A DNA stretch of 64,000 nucleotides from Eledone cirrhosa (Eukaryota), in contig OZ024753.1 of NCBI GenBank assembly GCA_964016885.1, forward strand, positions 7,316,001 through 7,380,000. The letters are read 5' to 3'. Shown one piece after another: positions 53,321 through 64,000 of the stretch. The notes beneath the pieces are model-generated. The model was not told where the DNA came from. It did not search any database and saw nothing but the letters and a program-made list of their open reading frames with translations. The position numbers and the translations under genes are program-made. Position 1 is the stretch's first letter, and every line of letters begins with the position of its first letter.

Positions 53321-54648
53321 GTTTTGGCATTTAACCTTTTGTTGTTGTTGTTCTTCTTCTGCTCCTCCTCCCCCTCCATATTCTTCTTCTCCTCCTTCTC
53401 CCCTACTTCTGACTGTGTTTCGTCATTTTTTACCCTCCATTCTCTTTCTTCCTTCTCGTTTTCTTCAATGAATTTTGGTTCTTTTTTAAATTCTACAACA
53501 CACACACACCCTTTTATCTCCCCCTCCGACACCACCACTCCGCTACTCTCCCCCAACACCACCACTCCGCTACTCTCCCCCAGCACCACCACTTCCCTAC
53601 TCTCCCACCGACACCACCCACCCTGTTGCCTCCCCCTCCGACACCACCACTTCCCTACTCTCCCCCGACACCACCCTACATGTCTAACGTTATCGCCTTC
53701 CGCCTATTTAGTTGCCGTTGTTATTTCACTATGAGAACCGAGGTGGGGTAATAGAGACGGTGATTCTAAGTAAGCCAGGCCTTTGGTGGTCGTTAGTTAC
53801 TCCTAACACTTTTTTCTGATATATATATAGAGAGAGTTCTAGCACGTGGCTTGAATTCTTTTCAGAATTCATTGACCTGCGCATGTATTGTTTTTTGGCG
53901 GTAGTCTCCTTCCTCCTATTTTCGAGACATTGTGTGATTTTCTTTAGAACTGCTGGACTAACAACCTAGCAGCTCCCTCAAGCACTGATGGTGTTTATCG
54001 CTAAATATTGATGTTGATTTGTTTATCAATATTAATACTATTGGGCACCCACTGAAGAATTATAAAGAGCCCACTTGAATAAGTATCTATTGATCTTATA
54101 CAAGCTTCTACATAAATTGGTATAATTTCACCCAACTTGTAGAAATCTTATGGTGAAATGAGACGTCCGTCTGGGAAGAGATATATTTGATATATCTCAT
54201 GAAATGATACAGCCAATTTTCCACACAATACAATTAGTTAGCACCACGAACGCTTAATTGGGAATATACTCAGGTATTTCCTAATGTTTGTCGAGTGAGT
54301 TGGAATTTGGCCGGAGTATCGCTATTAGTGTGAAATTCTTGGTACAGTTAAGTAAATTTTTGAATTTACTTAACTGGAGAACTTTATGAAACTGATCTCA
54401 GGTTGTGTTGTGACGTGTGACTATATATAAGAGAATGTTTTCCAGGAAAGTTAACCAAGAATCTTTAAAAAATCTCCCCACCGAAGTTAACAAAGAACTA
54501 CAAAACCTTAACAAAGATCTACAAAACCGAACGAATTGAAAAATTATAATACTATAAAATTAAATGAAATTGTTTAGAACTATAAGTGAAGTCATTCCTT
54601 TCCTTTTTTTTAAAATTTACTTAACTGTACCAAGAATTTCACACATTT

Positions 54649-55031
<383 letters not shown>

Positions 55032-55032
55032 T

Positions 55033-55372
55033 GGAGGCACATGGCTTAGTGGTTAGAGCATTGGCCTTGCAATCGAAAGGTTGTGAGTTCAATTCTCAGA
55101 CCGGGTGACGTGTTGTTTCCTTGAGCAAGACACTTTATTTCACATTGCTCCAGTTTACTCAGCTGTAGAAATGAGATGATAGGGACTGGGGCCCATATCA
55201 TTCCACTGCAAAGTGGTCGTGGAGGTGCAAAAAAGCACCCAGCACTCACTGTAAATGAGGTTGGTGTTAGGAAGGGCATCCAGCTGTAGAAATCAAGCCA
55301 GAATCAGTTCCTGTCCCACCCTTGCAAGCAGGGAAAAGCGGACGTAAAATGAAATGATGATGATGATGATGA
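55033..55372 (+). mobile_element. SINE family B
   Basis: Full match to family B. Confidence 0.9.
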
Positions 55373-55404
55373 TACATGTATTGGAAAATGTGTAAAATCT
55401 TTGG

Positions 55405-55437
<33 letters not shown>

Positions 55438-55722
55438 ACCAAAGATTTTACACATTTTACAATATATGTATGTATATATATATATATTGTAAAATGTGTG
55501 AAATTCTATATATATATATACATATATATATATACACACACTCACAGGTAAAATTCCGTTATAACGAATATCATAATCACGAAATTTTCAGTATAACGAA
55601 GTTGTTTCAATCCACGGCCACTCGTTCGGTTTGTTAGATCAATTTCGTTATAAAGAATTTTTCCTCACAACGAATGTTTCTTATACACCGTGAATTTCGT
55701 TATAACGAAATTTCACTAGAGA

Positions 55723-55788
<66 letters not shown>

Positions 55789-57179
55789 TATAGATAGATA
55801 GATAGATAGATATACAGATGTGTTGCTATACACATCTGAGTGTATGTGTGTATGTGTGTCTGCGTGTTTGCGTGTCTGTGTGTCTGTGGGGGGAGGGCGA
55901 GCGGGTCTTTGCGTGCAAACATAGATTTAGTTTAATTTTAATTTATTTTTGTTAATTTCTTTTGTTTCGTTTTAATACATACACGTTTCTTGTTTTGTGT
56001 GTTTCGTCTAGTAACAATCCATGTAGAAGTCACAGACGTGTAATAAGAGGAAAATTATAGATAAGGAAGATATAATTAAAATTCACTTGAAAATCAACTG
56101 GTACATGTCTTTAATGAATAAATTACGATAAAGCAAGTATGGCTGCCTTTGTTCGCTGTAGAGAGGGGGTGGGGGAGGATGAGGGAAGAAGAAGAAAAAG
56201 AAAAAGAAAAAGAAAAAGAAAAAGAAAAAGAAGGTGAAGGAGAAGGAGCAGGAACGAACGGTAATAAAACACACCTGCATTTAGTTTAATAATGCTATGC
56301 AATTATCTAAGCTAACGCATTTAAACAACAAAAAACATCGTCAGTTACCCAACCCACATTGTATTACTGTCTACACTAGCATCACAATTATCAATGAATC
56401 TTACATCTAGCCAATGACTGTCCAAGAAGTGAACCACTATGTGGTAGCTGAAAATGCTAGAAATGCATACAAATCTTTCTCATAATCATGCTCTACTATT
56501 TTCTGCATATTTACAGCAATGAATTAATAGATTTTTTTTCTCGTTTTCTTTACATTAAACAACCATATTAACTGTTCCTATTTCATTTGTCATATTTTGT
56601 CCGGAGTTCAGAGACTGGTGGTAAATAATAGAGAATGATTATAAGGGAGATTTGCCCACACCATGGTATTTTACGAAGTACTAGAAAAATATAAGATGAT
56701 CATGGTTGGATATACCATAGAACCAAAGCCGGTTTTGGCTGGGTTGGTAACAAAGGGATTAAAAAACAGCTTGGAGTTATTTTATAGAAAAACATGTCTC
56801 CCATCTTCATAGTATACAGTATTTCTTTGTGGAGGTATACCTTCAACAATGTTCTATATTATTGTCCATTTTACTGACACAATTTTCCTAGACATGTATA
56901 CTCAATAGAGTATAGACAAGGAAGTCAACCACAAGGATATGGTCGGAACGTGGAAGAGCCGAACTCCCACTGTCAACGCCTCCTGGACTGACTTGAGGCT
57001 ATATAAAACAAGACAGAATCTAGCTGACAAGGAATATGAGTCAACAAAGGAGACTCGATATAGTGAACCAACCTGTTAGAAATAATAGCCAGATCTTCCA
57101 CAAATAGCACACATTACGAAAGCAAGGCACGAGAGAGACAGCTGGTATAATTTTGATTATCGGGTTGCTCAAGTGATTC

Positions 57180-57340
57180 ATTCGGAATTGGTAGAGTGGT
57201 TAGAACGTCTGATAGAATATTTGGGGGGTATTCGTTTCAGCTATCTGTCTGTTCTCTCAGTTCAAATCCCGCCAAGGTAAATTTTGCCTTTCATCTATTC
57301 GAAGTCGATAAAAAAGTACCTGTCTAGTACTGGAGTCGGT
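57180..57340 (+). mobile_element. Diverged SINE family A
   Basis: AGTTCAAATCCCGCCAAGGT..TTTGCCTTTCATC. Confidence 0.75.
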
Positions 57341-58397
57341 TCTTCATCTATATCTTTTTCCCTTTCATTCTCTCAATCTCTATCCTTCTTTGGAAGAAAT
57401 CTGTTGTACTCAGGCCTGGAGAAGGGTGGGCTCCGCCAAGCTTTTAAAAGAATACCCAAGAAATAGCGTATTTCAAAGCAGCGCCGCCTACAACTCCCTC
57501 AAGATTAATAGCACCATATCATGCATAAAATCGTGGTTCAATTGGTGTTGTAGGACAACAATAAGCACAAGTTAACGAGGAACGGCGTTCAACGGGCAAG
57601 TAGCAACATATTTTCAGACCTTGCTAGAAATAGCAGCCAAACGTAAATAGGAAATTACAAGCGGAAAATAAACTTACGCCGCACCCGTATAAATAAAATA
57701 TGAAAGCAATTTAGATTTAACAGTTTAGCAATTCCCAATCAAGTGGCAATGATTCTGTCAGTTATAATGGCACCCACATGATTCCTAGCTGCCTAATACC
57801 AAATACCACAACTATATCATTGCTATAACCGCTTTATTGAGAGACCTGGGAACTTCTACGTTCGCAGGATCATTGTTGTGACCAACTAAATATAAAGAAC
57901 TAGGTTCGAAATAATAACTGATTAGAAGGGAAAGCTGATCGCTATATCCCCTCCTCCTGTCTCTCTCTCTCATACATGTATGTATGTATGTATGTATGTA
58001 TGTATGTATGTATGTATGTATGTATGTATGTATGTATGTATGTATGTATGTATGTATGTATGTATGCATGTATGTTATTATTATTATTATTGTTATTAAT
58101 GTATGTGTGTGTGTGTGTATATGTGTATGTATATATATATATTTCTTTTTTTTTATTTATTTATTATTATTATTTTTTTTTTTTTTTTTTCTAGTGCAAT
58201 GGCCATACTCGATAACGAGGGGGCAGCCATCATGTATGTATGTATGTATGTATGTATGTATGTATGTATGTATGTATGTATGTATGTACACATTCAGAGA
58301 GCGAAGCCCGATCGCGACGCCAAGGCGTTTTGGCCACCGAAGACACAACACACACACAAACACACACACACACTCTCTCTCTCACACACACACACAC

Positions 58398-58476
<79 letters not shown>

Positions 58477-58525
58477 CAAGAAGTGTATGTCAACAGGTTA
58501 AAATTAACTTCGTTTATTTATAGCT

Positions 58526-58584
58526 GCTGTTATATATATTTCGGTGATAACTATTATGCAACAGTTATGACCTCATCAGACAGC
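58526..58584 (-). ncRNA. Type I minimal hammerhead motif (intact core)
   Basis: GCUGU-CUGAUGA-GGU.AUAACU/AGUUAU.ACC-GAAA-UAUAUA-UA-ACAGC, followed by AAUAAA and (TA)n. Confidence 0.85.
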
Positions 58585-58744
58585 TAGAATTTCAACTGAA
58601 AAATCAGAAAAGAATAATGATGGAATACACCATATTTCTGTTATTTCGATTTTTTGATATGCTTAGTGCTGAAATGTGGTGTTATTTCCTCAAAGCACCG
58701 GTCGCATATTCAACCGGTTCTTTGAGAAAATAACAAACTAGAAC

Positions 58745-58935
58745 GGCAATGGAAGAACAATGGGGCATTTAGTCACGTCCCTTTACCTTCTGAGTTCAAC
58801 TCCTGCCGAGGTTAGCTTTGCTTTTAATCCTTATGGGATCGATAAAATAGAGTACTAGTAACGAACTGGTGTCTATTTAATCGAATGCACCCTCCCCACA
58901 CCGAAATTGCTGGCCTTGTGACTAAATCGAAGACC
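58745..58935 (+). mobile_element. Diverged SINE family A
   Basis: CTGAGTTCAACTCCTGCCGAGGTTAGCTTTGC. Confidence 0.75.
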
Positions 58936-59557
58936 ATTACTTTATTTTCCTTTGAAGATATTTTTTCTCTCCTTCTTACTTTCTTTTTCACTCTAGAAGT
59001 ATTCCATTCTTTTTCTTTTCCTTTCTTTCTCACTTTGTAGAATTGTCTTTCAAAACCATTCAAATATTTATGAATGAACAGCATTTTAACGGTTTTACCT
59101 CCACCCCTCTCTCTCTCTAAATTCCACTCGTTCTCTCTACCTCTCCGTCTTTATTTCTCCTCTTTATGCTCTATAATTCAAATTTCTGAATGACTCTTAA
59201 TTTCAGACTGTTTAATTTCAAAGATAATTTCTCTCTCTATCCCCCCCCCCCCCACCGAAATTCCATACTTTAACATAGTGCATTCGTTCTTTGTTTGCCC
59301 TCTCACATTTTCTCACGCATTCTTAAACATTTTTTTTATATTTTTGTAGTAATTGCTACACCCTAGTAAAAATACCACTATTTCCCATGTTATTTATTTA
59401 TTCGTTTTCAGCAACGGACTAATAGCTTCGTGTTTCGTTTCTTTTTGTTAAACATCCATATTAACTATTCCTCGTTCATTTTTTACATGTTGTCCGGAGA
59501 TGAAAACATAAGAATATAGGAGTAGAGATACTTGAGATTCCAGTTGAATCAGACACA

Positions 59558-59690
<133 letters not shown>

Positions 59691-59763
59691 GAGTGTATGT
59701 GTATTTATGAATAAATATATATATATATATTAAAATTAAATGTGAAAAAACTCTTAAGTCACC

Positions 59764-59812
<49 letters not shown>

Positions 59813-60428
59813 TATATATACATATACATACATATACATACATACACACATATATATACATACGTATATATATACATATACATACATACATATATATACA
59901 TATACATACATACATATATATATATACATACGTATATATACATATACATACATATATATATACATACGTATATATATACATATACATACATATATATACA
60001 TACGTATATATACATACGTATATATACATATACATACATATATATACATACGTATATATACATACGTATATATACATATACATACATATATATACACACA
60101 CACACACATATATACATATACATACATACATATATATACACACACACACATATACATACATACATACATATACATACATACATATATATACACACACACA
60201 CATATATACATACATACATACATATATATACACGCACACACATATATACATACATACATATATATACACACACACACATATATACATACATACATACATA
60301 CATACATACATACATACATACATACATTACATATATATATATATATGCGTGTGTGTGTCTGTGTATGGCGATGCCTAAGCATGGATTCAGCTTCTCGGCT
60401 GAAAGGCTAATAACAACACACACACACA

Positions 60429-60459
<31 letters not shown>

Positions 60460-61060
60460 TATAGAACACGCACTGGGTATATACGCATGTTTGCATGCAG
60501 ACGATAGCCGTCTATCAACCTTACCTATCATGTCAACATTAAAACAACACACTTCTCTCTTGTCAACATCTCAGCGACGACCGATGTCTTTACAATAGAA
60601 CAGACAGCAAGCAAGCTGATACGAGTTCGACCGTTCCTATTTTATTAACTCTACGTAGTCTACATTCTAAAGCGCCATTATTATTCGCGAGTATTCAAGA
60701 AACGCTGGAGTTTGCTGGGGTTTTTTTCTTGACTGTCTGCAAATTATTGCAGTTATTCAGAAATACCTTCGAGCTGAATACAGAACGCAATGTTTGAACA
60801 ACTTAATACGACTTGCAAAATCAATGTTTTATTTCTTACTTTTTCACATTTGGAAGTTTAGTGACTCAGAGAATTTTGCCAGAAAATATAGGAAATATAT
60901 TTTTACTATACAGAGATTGTCTAAATGTTGTTATAATAATTAAATCAACACGCCGCCACTAAAACACACATGTACATACACATACATACACGCACACAAT
61001 CATATACGCGCGCGCTCACACACACACACAAACACACATATATATATTTAATATAGAAAT

Positions 61061-61112
61061 GGCTTCTACAGGACTAGAACTGTTTCATTCGAAGGAAATC
61101 ACCAGGAAAGCC
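61061..61112 (-). ncRNA. Decayed hammerhead (CUGGUGA), same family as 38905-38955
   Basis: Identical GAAACAGUUCUAGUCCUGUA. Stem I has a different sequence but still pairs (GGCUUUC/GAAGCC). Confidence 0.65.
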
Positions 61113-61190
61113 CTGATGATGGGCTTTTCTGATGCCTGTTTGCCATAGGGTCCTCAAACAAGAGTAACAAGACTAACTATTCAGACTTAA

Positions 61191-61281
<91 letters not shown>

Positions 61282-61282
61282 T

Positions 61283-61430
61283 TTCTGTTTCAGGAACAAG
61301 CCCAGTATATTTTGGAGTGGGGAAACAGTCAATTAAATCGGCTTCAATGCTTAGGGATGGAAGGCAAAGTTAATCTCGGCGGGATTTGAGCCCAGAATGT
61401 AAAGAACCGTAACTCTGTAACGCAAAGCAA
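61283..61430 (-). mobile_element. Diverged SINE family A
   Basis: GAAGGCAAAGTTAATCTCGGCGGGATTTGA. Confidence 0.75.
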
Positions 61431-61883
61431 TGATACTGCTTTGTGCGAACGGAATATCTAAATAAACACTCACCCCTACACATGTTGAGATAGTATTACA
61501 AGCACCGACCCCACTCCACCGACATATATACTGATGCCAACGATATAATATAATAGTATTCTATTTACATACAATCTCTCGCTGATAGATCCCCCATAAC
61601 ATGAAATATATACAAATAGACGCCATGTTGCTCTTTACACTCAATGTCGGATGTTTATGACATGTGCATGTCCCTACTGAATTAATAAAATGTAGAAAAT
61701 ATGAAAGGCAAATTGAAAAAGCTGATTCCCTTCAGTGTACTTTTTCACGATTATGTTGAACATAAACCGATTAACTCCCCATTATATTCACTGTCGTACC
61801 TGCAAAGATATGATTAACTTTTTAAGGATGAGAAACATGTCAACAGAGAGAGAGGTGACAGATTGACGCCATCAAAAGAGGGT

Positions 61884-61914
<31 letters not shown>

Positions 61915-62163
61915 GAAATTTCATTTCACACTCTTAGTACGGCTGTTACTTAAATATAAGTATGTACACGTACATACATGTATGTATACAGACGTACAGA
62001 AGTATGTATATATATATATACATACATGCACACATATATATATGTACGTATGGATTCACCGAACATTTATTATAATGCTCGGTGTGTTTGTAAACAAACA
62101 TCCCGTATTAAGCCGTAGTGTCTAGCAACCATCGTTGCTCGTTTGTTCAACACTGACAAAGGA

Positions 62164-62206
62164 ACGCTGTACTAGTTTCAAGCTTATTAGCTATCGTCAG
62201 CAACGT
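62164..62206 (-). ncRNA. 43-nt minimal type I hammerhead motif (intact core, U-U at the base of stem II)
   Basis: ACGUUG-CUGACGA-UAGCU AAUA AGCUU-GAAA-CUAG-UA-CAGCGU. Confidence 0.8.
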
Positions 62207-63149
62207 ATACCTTCCTGCCAGATTGTTGAATGTATATACTTACCTTATGCATATTAACGGCTGAGTAGCCCAATTTGCATATCGAGTGGGTTAATCGGCC
62301 GGGTCCACCGAAAGCGATAAACGGAAAAAATGAAACGAAATTTCATTTCCCACTCTTAGTACGGCTGTTACTTAAATATAAATATGTACACTTAAATATA
62401 AGTATGTAAACATACACGTACATACATATATGTTTATCGTTTTCGGTGCACCCGGCCGATTAACCCACTCGATATTTCAATCTAGAATACAGTGGCAATA
62501 AATATACAAGAGGGTTGCTTTCTGGGGCTGGTCTCGTTCATCACAAAAAAATCGCATATAGTAAGGGAGAGCGAGGTTGACTATGATGAAATTTTGTAGC
62601 AGAGGCCAGAAAACTATATTTGTAATGTCTGTGCAGAAATGTTTTCATTCTAAAGTGGTCTGACTAGACACTGTATTCCACATGAGCAAAACCGCCATAT
62701 TCGTCTTCGGTGTCACAATTTTGAGAAAAGATTCAACCATTGCTAAGCTACAAACCCTGGGGCCGGGCTTAATAGCCACATACATGCCCATGACCGGATA
62801 TTTATCGATGACTTTTGAAGAGATGGTAATATTCTGAATAGAAGCAGCAATCATCAAATATTTGCATATATGTGTACATCTATGTATACATTTATATACA
62901 ACCCTTACATACACACATATATATATATATACCGATAACTATATATACATACATACACACACACATATATATATATGTATATATGCATAGATTTATAGAT
63001 AGATAGATATATGCATATGTATGTATATATATGTATATATATGTATATACATATATATATATATGCATATATCTATCTATCTATCTATCTCTTTCTCCGT
63101 CTCTCTCTCTATATATATACATATATACACACATATATATATATTCATG

Positions 63150-63188
<39 letters not shown>

Positions 63189-64000
63189 TATATCTAGAAT
63201 CATCTATATATTTCGACGTCTGTGGGTGTGTATATATTATAAAAAGATTAGTACAGTGTATAAGTATGTATTAGACAGTATTTATCAATATGTCTATCTA
63301 GGTAAAAAGTGCACACGAGTATCGTTTAATTTGTCGTGATATGATCATCCAATGAATCAACAACACCAACACTGTCTCTATTATCTCCTCATCTCTCGAA
63401 ATCTTCCATTTGGAGCACAAAAAAACGCACAATCCAATTATTTGAAAGGAACAAGTTAATGCAATACGACGCAATGGCAAATTTAGAGAAGAAAATGGCT
63501 GCCAAAGAATTTGTCCGTTGGACTGACGCCATTATTTGTGTTGTGAATTGTAAATGTTGTCGTTCTACTTTCGCGTGATAATATTACTTCATATTCTTAT
63601 ATATTTTTATTTTTACTTATTGCAGTTTACTTCATAGTTTTGTTTGCTGTTGTTTTTGTTATTATTTTCTCTGGTTTTTTTTTTTGTTGTGGTTGTATTA
63701 GTGTTCCTGGTGGTAGTGTTAGTATTGGCGTTGTTGATGATGATGGTGGTGGTAGTGGTGGTGGTTGTGGTAGCGTTGTTGTGGTGTTAGGAAAGATGGT
63801 GAACGAACGTATTGAAATAAATCATGCTGTATGTGCTAATAATTATGGCTTTTATCGTAATGGAGGTAGTGATTGCATTAAAGGTGATGGTTTTTTGTAG
63901 CTTAGCAATGGTTGAATTATCGTTAGTACTGATGATAATCGTGGATATCAGGCTGTTTGATGCAATAGTAATGATATTTGTGGAGAGTATGGAGTTTTCG

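Noticed and set aside
62600-62700. C2H2-like CNVCAEMFSF*SGLTRHCIPH as a zinc-finger gene exon
   Set aside because: Single finger with an in-frame stop. More likely a decayed RTE C-terminus.

Overview
AT-rich eukaryotic (animal) genomic DNA, probably cephalopod/octopus-like (inferred from the SINE families and the extreme microsatellite load). It looks intronic or intergenic and contains no intact protein-coding gene I can support. Almost all ORF-track entries are translations of (TA)n, (CA)n, (TACA)n, (GGT/GTT)n, (CAC/CAT)n and (GTA)n repeats. The real content is decayed mobile DNA. There are two tRNA-derived SINE families, plus fragments of CR1/L2-like, RTE, R4/Dong-like and CRE-like non-LTR retrotransposons and a bipartite RTE-derived short element. 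DNA transposons include Tc1, maT-like and hAT remnants, several MITEs and one end-to-end non-autonomous Helitron. The most notable signal is a set of type I hammerhead ribozyme motifs: six with an intact CUGANGA/GAAA/NUH core and several decayed ones, from at least five unrelated sequence families. They sit in short segments that mostly end in (TA)n tracts and are often arranged as foldback or inverted repeats. This architecture matches Penelope-like retroelement pseudo-LTRs or non-autonomous ribozyme retroelements. A few possible minus-strand host exons are flagged at low confidence.
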